A program made the position numbers and the translations under genes. From Octopus vulgaris (taxonomy: Eukaryota): 64,000 nucleotides of DNA. Each line of letters opens with the position of its first letter. Positions within the stretch are counted from its first letter, which is position 1. The stretch covers positions 137,640,001 through 137,704,000 of the forward strand of contig OX597815.1 of NCBI GenBank assembly GCA_951406725.2, in the 5' to 3' direction. The notes under the pieces are model-generated. The model saw only the letters and a list, made by a program, of their open reading frames with translations, did not search any database and had not been told where the DNA came from. Positions 47,652 to 59,356 of the stretch are shown here, piece after piece.

Positions 47652-50599
47652 ACATCAGAGGACTGCAAACACTCAGTAACAGGACAAAAATCCCGTTCTT
47701 GAGAGACTTTGTTGCATGCAATCAAGCCTTATGCATAGCACTTACGGAAACGCACCTGAAACCGGACATAGCAGATGCGGAATTACACATACCACAGTAT
47801 GTTGTACTACGGACCGACAGAAAAGAAAGGAGTCATGGAGGAGTTGCTATGTACATCCGTGAGGACCTCACACCCCAGGTCCTTTTGTCATACTCAAACT
47901 CGGTGTGTGACACACTAATTGTACATATAAGGCAACTTGATGTAGTTGTGTGTGCTACATATCGCCCTCCAGATGCCCCAAGCCATGTGGGCAAGTTTGA
48001 AGACTGCCTTATAAAAATAGAAGAAGTTCTAATCACATTAGAACAACACATAAGTGTACTTCTTATGGGAGACTTCAATCTACCCAATGTCAGATGGCCC
48101 GAGGGCCTTTCTCTCCCAGGAATGACAAGATGTGAACGAGGACAGGCAAGGTCCCTCCTGAACCTCATCAACACCCTGTACATGGAGCAAGTAATACTCC
48201 AACCAACCAGGGCAGGTAACACACTGGATCTCTGCTTCACAAATAATATGGATCTCATCCATAATGTGAAAGTGACACCGACACTACTCTCGGATCACAA
48301 CATGGTAGAGCTGACCATGTACGGGCCAAAGGAAAGCATGGACATGCAGCCTACAAGAAACCCTCAGAATCTTTCCAGCTTGAACTTCCATAAGGCAAAC
48401 TGGAAACAAATTGAGAAAGAGATCCTCAAACAAAACTGGCCTGAATGTCTCTCCTCGCCAGACATCGATGTGAAACTTCAACAATTCATGTCTGTAATGC
48501 AAGCCATATGCTACAAATGTGTCCCAGAGAGAAAGGCCACTGTACACAAGAACAAAATCCCCAGAGAGAGGAAAATTTTAATGAGACGGCGTACAAAAAT
48601 TTCAAATCGCCTAAACAAACAAATTGAAAGCAGTGAAAAGTCCCGCCTGAAAATAAAACTGTTGGAAATTGAAAAATGTCTGCAACTCTCCCATGAAAAG
48701 GAAAGAGCAGACAAAGAAGCCTGGGCTATAGACAACATAAAATCTAACCCCAGAGCTTTCTACAGGTATGCCAAAGAAACAGCTAAGGTGCACTGTAGGA
48801 TAGGGCCACTCCTTGAAAAGGATGGCACACTCACAGGAAAACCAATGAGGGCAAGTGAAATACTGAATGAGCAATTCAAGAGTGTTTTCACTCCACCCCT
48901 TGGGCATTTCCAAATCACCAATCCAACTGACTTCTTTACCACTGCAGATATAAAATCAGAGGCAGCGACGATAGATTACATCGATATAAAGGAAGACGAT
49001 GTAATAAAGGCTATAGATGAAATGAAAACAGAATCAGCTACTGGCCCCGATGGATTCCCGGCAATCCTCCTAAAAGTATGTAAGAGAGTCCTAGCAAGAC
49101 CACTGCAGTTCCTCTTTCAGAACTTCCTTGCAACTGGCAAACTTCCAAGAAAACTGAAGGAAGGTAAAATATGCCCTATTCATGAAGGAGGTAGCAGAGC
49201 GGAGGCCAAGAACTACAGACCTATCTCTCTGACCTCACACATCAGCAAGGTCATGGAACGAATAGTCAGAAGGAAACTAATCACCTTCCTTGAAGAAAGT
49301 GACTTGCTGCCTGACACCCAACATGGTTTCCGACCAGGAAGAAGCTGCTTAAATCAGCTCCTACAACACTATGACTGGGTGCTGAAACGACTGCTCAACC
49401 ACTCAAATGTGGAAGTGATATATCTCGACTTTGCAAAGGCCTTTGATAAAGTCGATCATGGAATGATATGTCACAAACTGCGTGATCTTAGCATAGTTGG
49501 AAAACTGGGAGAATGGCTTCATGACTTTCTGAAGGATAGAAGTCAGGTGGTAGTAGCCAATGGGGCCACTTCCATTAACACGCAAATAGTGAGCGGTGTT
49601 CCACAGGGCACTGTTTTGGGACCACTACTGTTCATAATGGCCCTCTCAGACATGCCCTCAGCCACGCAGAGAGCCACGATCACAAGTTATGCAGATGATA
49701 CAAAAGTTTCACAGGCAATACAGAACCCTGAGGACACTAAACGCCTGCAATGTGAGCTCGACAAAATATACAAGTGGGCTGAAAAGAATAGCATGCAGTT
49801 CAATGCTGAGAAGTTTCAAGCTTTATGCTATCAGCATGCAAAACTAAATGCAATGCCCAATGAATACACTGGACCCGAAGGAATTGCAATCCCAGAGGCA
49901 CAATCAGTGCGTGACCTGGGTATTTACATGAGTGATGACGCAACCTTTCGTGTACATGTTGCTAAATTGGCAATGAAATGTAGACGACTGGCCGGATGGA
50001 TTCTTAGAACCTTTAGAACAAGAGAACAAGAAACCATGATGGTCCTCTGGAGGACACTTGTCCTAAGCCACTTTGACTATTGCTCTCAGCTATGGTCACC
50101 ATCCAGTGTCAAGTTGATCACAGAACTTGAGGCGATCCAACGTAGCTACACGAAGAAGATAGCCTCTGTGCAGCATATAAGCTACTGGGAAAGACTCAAG
50201 AGATTAAAACTATATTCCTTGGAGCGTAGGCAAAAAAGATATGTCATAATATACATCTGGAAGATCCTGGAAGGACTTGTCCCAAACTTTGGCATCGAGA
50301 GTTACACAAATGCCAGAACTGGGCGCCACTGTGTGGTGCCAAGGACTCCAAATTTGCCATCAAGATGTAGGACAAGATACTGTGATAGCCTGGGCTTCCG
50401 AGGCCCACAGCTCTTCAATATCCTCCCGAAGAACCTAAGAGACCTGTATGGGGTGGATGCAGATGTCTTTAAAATGAAACTGGATCTCTTCTTGTCAGGT
50501 ATCCCAGATGAACCAACTTCACGGCAGGAGGTGCAGATGAGGGCAGCTGCATCGAACTCTCTCATGCACCAAATGGCAGTTGCTAAAAAGCATTCGTGA
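47495..50599 (+). CDS. LINE ORF2: APE endonuclease plus reverse transcriptase, uninterrupted (1034 codons)
   Basis: NIRGL, ETHL, YRPP, GDFN, LDL, SDHN; NYRPISLTS, QHGFR, YLDFAKAFD, GVPQGTVLGP, YADD. Confidence 0.95.
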   Translation: MHGTKDCTAANLAPSNSSSQMGLSTIYKTTTTNRPKVDTAGNSIHFTSMLLLNIRGLQTLSNRTKIPFLRDFVACNQALCIALTETHLKPDIADAELHIPQYVVLRTDRKERSHGGVAMYIREDLTPQVLLSYSNSVCDTLIVHIRQLDVVVCATYRPPDAPSHVGKFEDCLIKIEEVLITLEQHISVLLMGDFNLPNVRWPEGLSLPGMTRCERGQARSLLNLINTLYMEQVILQPTRAGNTLDLCFTNNMDLIHNVKVTPTLLSDHNMVELTMYGPKESMDMQPTRNPQNLSSLNFHKANWKQIEKEILKQNWPECLSSPDIDVKLQQFMSVMQAICYKCVPERKATVHKNKIPRERKILMRRRTKISNRLNKQIESSEKSRLKIKLLEIEKCLQLSHEKERADKEAWAIDNIKSNPRAFYRYAKETAKVHCRIGPLLEKDGTLTGKPMRASEILNEQFKSVFTPPLGHFQITNPTDFFTTADIKSEAATIDYIDIKEDDVIKAIDEMKTESATGPDGFPAILLKVCKRVLARPLQFLFQNFLATGKLPRKLKEGKICPIHEGGSRAEAKNYRPISLTSHISKVMERIVRRKLITFLEESDLLPDTQHGFRPGRSCLNQLLQHYDWVLKRLLNHSNVEVIYLDFAKAFDKVDHGMICHKLRDLSIVGKLGEWLHDFLKDRSQVVVANGATSINTQIVSGVPQGTVLGPLLFIMALSDMPSATQRATITSYADDTKVSQAIQNPEDTKRLQCELDKIYKWAEKNSMQFNAEKFQALCYQHAKLNAMPNEYTGPEGIAIPEAQSVRDLGIYMSDDATFRVHVAKLAMKCRRLAGWILRTFRTREQETMMVLWRTLVLSHFDYCSQLWSPSSVKLITELEAIQRSYTKKIASVQHISYWERLKRLKLYSLERRQKRYVIIYIWKILEGLVPNFGIESYTNARTGRHCVVPRTPNLPSRCRTRYCDSLGFRGPQLFNILPKNLRDLYGVDADVFKMKLDLFLSGIPDEPTSRQEVQMRAAASNSLMHQMAVAKKHS

Positions 50600-50761
50600 A
50601 GTAAAACCATGTAGCAACACCAAATAGTGGTGCCCCAGCATGGCCACAGCTCGTGAGTTGAAACTAGTATCAATCAATCAATATGTATATATACATATAT
50701 ATATATGTATACATATATATATACATATATATATGCGTATACATATATATATATATACATA

Positions 50762-50825
50762 TCATCATCATCATCGTTTAACGTCCGTTCTCCATGCTAG
50801 CATGGGTTGGACGGTTCGACCGGGG
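50762..50825 (-). mobile_element. RTE 3'-terminal mini-insertion in a TA tract
   Basis: (CAT)n-CGTTTAACGTCCGTTCTCCATGCTAGCATGGGTTGGACGGTTCGACC. Confidence 0.85.
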
Positions 50826-50859
50826 ATATATACATATATAAATATATATGTATACATTT

Positions 50860-51650
50860 CGTTTTTCTTGCTTCAGCTCAGAGCTGCGGACATGCTGATG
50901 CACTGCCGTTTTTTGCTACACTGTTTTTACGAAGCGCCTCGTCTAATATGTGGCACTTGGTGAAGAATGGACTTTGATATAGCTACTCTCATTTGCACCT
51001 CTTACCATGAGGTAGGTTCATCTGGTACTCTCGACAGGAAGATGTCCAGCTTTGATTTAAAAACCACTACATCTACTTTGTGCAAGTTGCTCAGACTCTT
51101 TGGGAGAATATTAAAAAGCTGTGGGCCCTTGAAACCCAGGCTGCACCAATCCTATGTGAAGGAGAATGCAGACAAAGAAGCCTGGGTTATAAAAAACATT
51201 AAATCAAACCCAATGGCCTTCTTTCATTACATGGTATGATATGCCACAAACTGCGTATCATGGTATGATACGCCACAAACTGCGTGACCTTGGCATAGCT
51301 GGAAAACTTGGAGTGTGGTTACATGACTTCCTGAAAGATAGGAGTCAGGCAGTAGTGGTTAATGGAGCCACCTCTATGAACACACAAATAGTGAGCGGTG
51401 TTCCACAGGGCACTGTCTTGGGACCACTGCTTTTTATAGTGGCTCTCTCAGATATGCCCTCAAATGCCCGGATAGCCACTCTGGCAAGCTATGCAGACGA
51501 TATGAAAGTCTCGCAGAAAATACACAACCCCAGCGATGTTGCACACCTGCAGCAGGAGTTGGACTCAATCTACAGATGGGCTGAGGATAATAATATGCAG
51601 TTTAATGCTGAAAAATTTCAGGCCCTGTGCTACCAGCATCCAAAACTAAA
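50860..51650. mobile_element. Older family-A-related LINE (A7) with inversion: 3' end on minus strand (50860-51145), RT fragments on plus strand (51150-51650)
   Basis: Minus: SLGFKGPQLFNILPK..PDEPT plus 3' UTR; plus: ADKEAWVIKNIKSNP, then HGMIRHKLRDLG..YADD. Confidence 0.85.
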
Positions 51651-52526
51651 TATTAAGTTCATTCTCCATGGGACTGACATGCTGGTAAACACTATCCAGT
51701 TTGTGGAATGAGCATTCTTATAGTATATTTTTAAGAAATAACATAGGTGGTTATTGCAGGTAGGTTGTAATGGAATACTACTCTGACATTCACTGGTACT
51801 GTTGCTAGGAAAAGCAGACTTCATATCATTATTATTCAGGACCAGAGTACTATATGGGTAAGCTAAAGTTTGGTTCCTAATATCATAATTATTGCTTGTT
51901 TTTTTTTTTTTTGGGGGGGGGGGGGTCGGAATTATTAAGTTTTCAACTGTTTATTACAGAAAATTACCAAAACCATAAATGTGTTCTATTATTTTTGTAT
52001 ATGTCTATGTTTCTTGACTGATGGAGATAAATTAGAACAATTGTCATGCTATTGAAGAAGAAACACATATCCACAAATCTCCTCTTATCTACAGACAATA
52101 AGCCTGTCCTTTTCCTTAATGGCATGTTCACTTTGGAGAATTCTTGATTCTTGAGATAATCTCCCCTTCTCATATAGAGTTGGTCTTACATGCAATTTAG
52201 TAATGTGACACATCATCTGGAGGCTAGGTTAATTTTAATAAATCAAGAATTTGTGTTGCATGTTATTTGTTTATGTTGTTCATAAACATTCAACAAACCA
52301 CACTGAGATATTTCTCTGAGCTGCTCATTTTTGCTTACATTATCCTTTAACAGGTTGGGTCAGTACCATAATGTTCATGGTTACATAGATACAGACTACT
52401 TTCTAACTCATCAGATGCTTAGGACTTGCATGAGAGAAATATAAATGGTTTCCTTGCAAGAATATTTGGAGTCCCCATTATTCAGTTCAAATCACATGGA
52501 TTAGTTGGTTGAGAACTGATAGCAGA

Positions 52527-52905
52527 ATCATCATCATCATTGTTTAACGTCTGCTTTCCATGCTGGCATGGGTTGAACGGTTTAACTGGGGACTAGCAAG
52601 CTAGATGGTTGCACCAGGCTCCAGCCTGATCTAGCAGAGTTTCTACAGCTGGATGCCCTTCCTAACGACAACCACTCCGAGAGTGTAGTGGGTGCTTTTA
52701 CATGTCACCAGCACGAGGGCCAGTCAGGCAGTACTGGCAACGGCTATGCTCAAATAGTGTCTTTTACATGTCACCTGCACAGGAGCCAGTCCAGTGACAC
52801 TCGCTTCTCGAATGTTGTTTTTCACATGCCACCGGCACAAGTGCCAGTAAGGCAATGCTGGTAATGATCACGCTCGAATGGTGCTTTTTACGTGCCACTG
52901 GCAAC
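52527..52905 (-). mobile_element. RTE 3' UTR fragment
   Basis: (CAT)n tail, CTACAGCTGGATGCCCTTCCTAAC motif and UTR repeat units. Confidence 0.85.
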
Positions 52906-53511
52906 GAATATTCTATCTATTATATCATATATTACAGGAGATAGTCTAGTAGCAACAACTGGTCCACACTGTGTAATATTTGATAACACAATAATGTCAT
53001 AGAGGGATGGTAAGGAATGTATCTGCTGTATCATGCAGCAAGGTACAAAGTTTGGTGTTGCTAGGTTGCATATCAACATAAGGAAGCTAAGTGTTATGTT
53101 GTGCATAGATGTGTGTGATTATTTTTAATTATTCTTAAAATATTACTTTAAAGTATTATTAATATACTTAAGCAACTCCATTTTTGCACACATTGCTCAG
53201 ATGATTTTTCAAAACAAACACATGTCAATATTTTCTTCATCACATCCAAATCATATTTCAAAATATATTCAAACAATAGACAATTCAAGAAAAAGCAGGC
53301 TTGAATTAACAGCTGAATGACTGGAAAAATGAAACTTAGAGTAGAAGAATAAACTTGACAAACAGTGCATGAATGCATGCACGTGTGTGTGTGTGTGTGT
53401 GTGTTTAATATTAATTGTGGTTATTTACTCATAGTAGCAAAAGCATACTTCCAAAGTTACATATCATATGAAAAGTAGTACTCTAGTAGTAAATAAAATA
53501 TTTTAACTTAC

Positions 53512-53640
53512 TTAGATCAAGCGATAATAGAAGCCAAATATCTCGTGGGTGGACAGTTTCGAGTATAACCTGACGCAATTGCATGATCATTTCAGCCCTG
53601 TTATTTGACACGCAATTTACTTCATCTTCACAGACAGGGA
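53512..53640 (-). CDS. Host exon: linker plus first half of an RLR-type CARD1
   Basis: Acceptor tttctttttcag|TC, donor CTAA|gtaagt; 129 nt, phase 1-1; EMIMQLRQVILETVHPRDIWLLL, compare RIG-I [23 protein letters not shown]. Confidence 0.72.
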
Positions 53641-54409
53641 CTGAAAAAGAAACATTTTTTAGAGAGAGAGTATTTTTATTTTGCATCCATTTGAGTCTAT
53701 GTTAGTATGAGAGAAAGTTTACTGTGGTAATCATAGCTCTAATGTCTTATTTAGCAGCAGGATGCCTTCTAAATACTAATTATACAATAATTAACTACAA
53801 AAACCAGTATTTTATGAGTCAAATAAACAGAAGCAATACGCTTACATCTTCAGCATTAACTTCACACTCTTCACAACCATTCGCTTCCATTTACATGGGA
53901 AAATGTTTTCTTGTTCTTTAAGAATTTAAATTTAAGTTTTGACATTTAAATGATGGATGCTTGGGAAAAGTTAACTTAATGATAAGGATGGTAATATCTA
54001 AGTTAACATTGATAAGGTAAGCATTCAAATAGTACCCTAGCTGGTGAATTGGTTAGAAAGGTTGTGGCAATTTTCTAAGGAAACAGTTCTCAAGTCAGGA
54101 GCAAAGTGAAAAGATAAACTAAAGGTTTTAGGCAGACATCAGGAGGTGAGGCATTTTATAGTTGTTACTTTGTGTAACTACAAGTCAGCTCTGCTTGATT
54201 AAACTTATGATCAAAAGAGGAATCCAATAGACTAAAATTATGTGATATGAGAATTTCAGCACCCATGACAAATTTCACCTGCTACAATCTGTGTGTGCTT
54301 TGATGCACCAAGCACCTAAATGAGAGGATCTCTCGAAGTTAATAATGCAGTATTTGGTGTTTTAACAAGGTATCCATGTTAAGTTGGACATAATGATTAC
54401 TTTTTGGTA

Positions 54410-54900
54410 TTAATACTGCTTCCATCACTAATAATTAAATCCAACTATGTTCATGTACTTTTTCGATGCTTACATAGGTTAGATAGAATTTATCAAGACA
54501 GATTTTCAATAACCAGATGCCCTTCATATCATCAACCCTCACTTGTTTCCAAACAAGGTAATATTTTCCTGTGGTTAGACAGGTTTTTCACAGAAGACAA
54601 CAACTGAACAAATGATCAATCTTGATAATGCTCATTTATAGTCATCACATGATGTCTAGACATGGGTAAATGCAAACACACTGACACATGGTTTAGTGGT
54701 TAGAGTGTTGGACTTATGATTGCAAGATCATAGTTCCAATTCCTGGAGCAGGTGGTGCATTGTATTTTTGAACAAAACTCTTTATTTCAAGTTACAATCA
54801 CTTTGACATCTGATATGTGGCACACCATAGAGCAGTACAGTCATTGTCAATTTGATGGAGGAAATGAGTGCAGGTTGTTCAGCATGACATTGTAAAATCT
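54410..54900. mobile_element. Old SINE/RTE-tail remnants
   Basis: CCAGATGCCCTTC motif near 54515; tRNA-like head TGGTTTAGTGGTTAGAGTGTTGGAC..GTTCCAATTCC at about 54690-54745. Confidence 0.45.
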
Positions 54901-54949
54901 TCATCAGTAATTTATGACAGGAGAGTTCACCATATAAATATATATATAT

Positions 54950-55400
54950 ATATTAATGGAATGAGAAGGCAACAAGAATTACATAATCAACTTCATTGGC
55001 TTACAGCTGTTTTTGGTATAAGAAGCAGTGCACTCACAGCTGAATGCTTATGCATCACCTTATAGTCTCCTTGGAGCCATTTAAAATAAAGTGTATGTTT
55101 ATTTGGGAAATCATTTGAATACGTATCTGCTACAGACCTAATCCTGAATAGGTCTAATCCTGAATATTTCCGGGAGTGGCCTCTCTCCTTCAAACTGTAT
55201 ACACCTTTACTTAAGAATTTTTATCATTTTAAAGGTGACCTTTTCCATACTCTCCAAAAAAAGACATACACTTTATTTTAATGAGTCTGAGGGAGTTATA
55301 AGGTGATGTACAGGTAGTCAGCACTGAATAGCAGAAATAGCTGAAAGCCAATGAAGTTGATTACATAATTCCTGTTCCCTCGTCATTCAATTAATTTTAT
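54950..55400. repeat. Fold-back element with ~150 bp diverged inverted arms
   Basis: TAATCAACTTCATTGGCTT..CATCACCTTATA..AAAATAAAGTGTATGT (54950-55110) is mirrored at 55255-55400. Confidence 0.8.
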
Positions 55401-55449
55401 ATTATGCTCTGTAGTCACATAACACTTTATTCTGAAACATATACTCATT

Positions 55450-55845
55450 ACTCTTTTACTTGTTTCAGTCATTTGACTGCGGCCATGCTGGAGCACCACC
55501 TTTAGTTGAGCAAATTGACCCCAGAACTTATTCTTTCTAAGCCTAGTACTTATTCTAGCAGTCTCTTTTGCTGAACCGCTAAGTTACAGGGATATAAACA
55601 CACCAGCATCATTTGTCAAGCAATGGTGGAGGGACAAACACAGATACATAAACATATGCACATATATATATATATACATATATACGATGGGCTTCTTTCA
55701 GTTTCCAACTACAAAATCCACTCACAAGGCATTGGTCGGCCCGAGGCTATAGTAGAAGACACTTGCCTAAGGTGCCATGCAGTGGGACTGAACCCGGAAT
55801 CATGTGGTTGGTAAGCAAGCTACATACCACACAGCCACTCCTGCT
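55450..55845 (-). mobile_element. tRNA-derived SINE, same family as 39582-39998
   Basis: Same head, CORE-like body, internal TA tract and 3' end; a partial copy lies at about 55950-56050. Confidence 0.88.
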
Positions 55846-55918
55846 TGATATGTATAATGAATTCTAACAACAGCTTATTAGTGTTGCTATGCCAAAGCAA
55901 AATCATAAAATATATATG

Positions 55919-55950
<32 letters not shown>

Positions 55951-56589
55951 CTTATACAATGGACTCCTTTCAGCTTCTGTCTACCAAATCCAATCGCAAG
56001 GTTCTGGTTGGCCCAGGGTTATAGTAAAAGACACTTACCCAAAGTGCCAAATTTCAATAATAGATTACTTTATACCAGAGGGGATATTATAAACAAATTG
56101 AATTTCTGATGGTTCTGTTGAAATCAGGATATCTCAGAAAGAGTAAACTGAGAGTGGTGATCTCTTTCTATTTTCCAGCTAAGATAGAGAACCGGAACAT
56201 GGCAGTACGAGCTACTGAAATGCTCATTAATTAATAGCTACTCAACAAAAACTGATATTGGTCTAAACATTATCATCGGCTTCACATAGTCAACCTAATT
56301 TTTCTATGCAGGCATGTCTTACAACTTTTCTCAGATGCCTTATGGTCTCAAGTCTGCCTTGAATCCTTCTTCCCAGAACTACCTGGTCTCCTGATACTCG
56401 CAATACTTTCCACTACAAACACAAAGCACCTCACTAGCTTACATTCTCCATTCAAACTACATTTTTTAAACCAGCCCAATCATCTCACATGCACAAATCT
56501 GACAAAATCTTTTCTAGCCCAAAATGAGAAACATAGGATAGAAATATTTGAGAAGATCTAACTGAAAAAGAAATATATATTTGTCTTAC

Positions 56590-56922
56590 CAGCGTTTTGG
56601 ATTTTTTTCCACAAATCATCTTTGCCTGGGATATTAAGATATTTGTCAAGGTCTTTCATCAGATATGATAAGGTAGAAGGAAAATATGCAAATAATAAAA
56701 TAGCAGCTGAATTGGGTCCTTCTTTTTTTTCAGTAAGTTTTATATCCTCCAGTTGACTCTCTAAAATAGTTTCCATAGTCTTCAAATGATTTGCAAATCT
56801 GATAATGTTTAATTGACCTTCAGTTATTTCAGTGCTGAATATTTCAAATATATTGCAGTAGGAGTTAAAATCATTTGTTTGTTCTTGCATAAATGCATAG
56901 AGTTTGCAAATTGAGTTAAATT
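56590..56922 (-). CDS. Host exon: additional, diverged CARD2-like domain
   Basis: Acceptor tctttatttcag|AA, donor GCTG|gtaaga; 333 nt, phase 1-1; EDIKLTEKKEGPNSAAILLFAYFPS aligns with DDVDAKRENKGDITAAQCLLEIIPS of exon 33075-33467 and with RIG-I AEKNNKGPMEAATLFL. Confidence 0.7.
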
Positions 56923-57044
56923 CTGAAATAAAGAAAAGATTAAATAATTATGTGAAATAGATAATTAAGTAAATAGATAAATAGATAAAAAGAAAATGGA
57001 AAAAATAATACAAAAAATAAAAGGTAACAGTATAAAATACCCAA

Positions 57045-58270
57045 GCAGGTCAGTTAGGTGGGTATGCACAGTTGCAGAATGTCACTGCATCCACCATTTG
57101 TCAGTATTTGCTTGGGTCATCCCAAGCAACCCTCCAAGCAGTGTCCCAGTTAGTCCCCTTCTGTGCGAGTTACTTTCTCACCTGCCATTACCATATGACA
57201 TGTGGTTGACCAACATAAGCTTTCAATTTAGGGGATATCTAAGGATTCCAGACAACATCCAAGTCTCACAACTATATAGCAAGACTGGAAGGAGCAGAGA
57301 ACTGAAGACCAGAACTTTTGTCCACTTCCACCGATATCATCAGCACCAAACATCTTTATTCGGTGAGTCAACAACTGCATCAGCACATCCAAGTTTTTTT
57401 TTAACTTTAGACTCTCATCTACTACCAAGATAAGTGAAGTAGTCAACAATTTCATTCTCACCCACAAAGGAGTCAGACAAGATGGAGTCCCTTAGGAAGC
57501 AAACAAAAGATTGGATCTTTTTCTTGACCCAAGAAACTCTAAGGTTAAATGATTTCACTTCCTTACTCGGCGAAACAGAGCACTCATTAAGACATCCAGA
57601 GACTCAGCAAGAATAACTGCATCATCAGCAAAATCCAAGTCAGTAACCCTAGTTTCACCAATGAATACATCACAACCCAATCAAGCCACTATCTGGCCAG
57701 GTATCCAGTCTATGCAGACATTAAACAGAGTGAGAGTCAAAACACAACCCTGATGGAACCCAGATTCTAAGTGGGAAAAGTTAGATGTTGAGCCCTCTGA
57801 ACAGTCCCAGTCAGTTTCCATCTCTTCAAGGTACTTCCTCATCTGCCATGACCATGTGACTTCCAACAGCCCAAACAACCAGGGCAGTATACCTTGCAGC
57901 TCCAGAATCCTCTAGAGCACACCCCTGTCCACCAAGTCAAATGTTTTGTGGAGGTCAACATAAGCAGCAAGCAGTCCCTGCCAAAAGCTACACCTGTGTT
58001 CAATGAGTACACAGAGAGCAAGGATTCTCTAAGTAGCTGACTTTTTTTATGTGAGCCCTTACTGCTCCAGCTGCTGAGAGGCAAGCAGGTGATTTAATAT
58101 AGTGTTTAGAAAAATGCTGGCAAAGACCTTACCGGGCACTGAAAGGAGTGTAACAACCCTATAATTATTGCAGTCGTGGTATTCACCTTCACCAATTCAT
58201 AGAGGGGTAATTATGTCTCTCTTCCAGTCAGGCAATATGATAACACTGCTCCAAATTGAGCAGATATCTG
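57045..58270 (-). mobile_element. Old, decayed RTE-clade LINE (different family)
   Basis: Residual WKRDII..DCNNYR..LLSVPGKVFA, QGCVL..LFNVCIDWI and DLDFADDAV motifs with many stops. Confidence 0.75.
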
Positions 58271-58800
58271 CTACAAGAACAAGACTGCAGCAGGCCAACA
58301 TTTCTTGCTGTGGGCCATCGTGCATTCATCCCAAACGATAAGCTTGCATCGTCTGAAGACTTCTGCCTGATCGGAGCTGTTACTGATGTTGCAAGTTGGT
58401 GTCTCAGTCTTCGCTAAGACAAGTGGAAGCTTGAAAGTGGAGTGAGCTGTCCTGCCGCCTGGCAACAAAGTAGCTGCAATTCCAGATGATGCCACAGCTA
58501 GGGCAATGCCTTGTGTTTGCCTAATCTCAGCCAATATTAATTTGTTGACAAAATTTTTCCCAGTGCCCCCAGGAGCATGCAGGAAAAAAATCCTCCCAGT
58601 TTTGGCCCGGACAGAATTAACAACGGAGTTGTAAGCGAACTTGTGTTCTGGAAGGAACTTTGGTTCATTGTCGGCTATGTACTCGGCAAGCTCATCAACA
58701 TTAAAACATGTCTCACACAGCAAATGTGAAGACAGAGTGTTTGTGCCTTCCCGGTTTGTTGAACGTAGGCCATAGATCGGCAAAGCACTACCGCCCATAT
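58271..58800 (-). mobile_element. Helitron RepHel helicase fragment (PIF1 family)
   Basis: Walker A APGGTGK, AVASSGIAATLLPGGRTAHSTFKLP, Walker B LIVWDE. Confidence 0.88.
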
Positions 58801-59039
58801 CAAGTACAGTATCTTCGAACGTAGTTTGTTACCACGCAGCCACACCTGCCCCTATGTATGTGTGTGTGTGTGTGTACGTGTGTGTGTATGGGTAGATATA
58901 TTATGCATGTATATATGTGTATATATATATGTGTACATATTACATGTACATCTATATATATATATATATATATACATCTACACATAAAATACAAAATACA
59001 AAGTTATATCTTGATATCACTAGTGATAACAATACTCAA

Positions 59040-59356
59040 AATATGTATATATATGTATATGTATATATATATGTATATGTATATATATATGTATATGTAT
59101 ATATATATGTATATGTATATATATGTATATGTATATATATATATATGTATATGTATATATATGTATATATATATGTATATGTATATATATATGTATATAT
59201 ATATGTATATATATATGTATATATATATGTATATGTATATATATATATGTATATGTATATATATATATGTATATGTATATATATATGTATATGTATATGT
59301 ATATATATATGTATATGTATATGTATATGTATATATATATATGTATATGTATATAT
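59040..59356. repeat. (TA)nTG microsatellite, opposite polarity to the arrays at 1-31215
   Basis: Direct inspection. Confidence 0.97.

Larger units (their letters stand above)
46290..50682 (+). mobile_element. LINE family A copy A6, near full length (5' boundary uncertain)
   Basis: ORF1, uninterrupted ORF2, 3' UTR hairpin and (AATC)n tail. Confidence 0.95.

Noticed and set aside
47833-49585. Recurrent antisense ORFs within the LINE copies
   Set aside because: They recur only because the copies are near-identical; no domain signal
51964-52173. Additional host exons (also 44918-45199 and 31734-32132)
   Set aside because: Incompatible phase or no credible splice pair, and no CARD or helicase similarity
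58271-58798. Helicase ORF as the helicase of the RIG-I-like gene
   Set aside because: Motifs are SF1B PIF1/Helitron rather than SF2 DExD/H, and it lies upstream of the CARD exons
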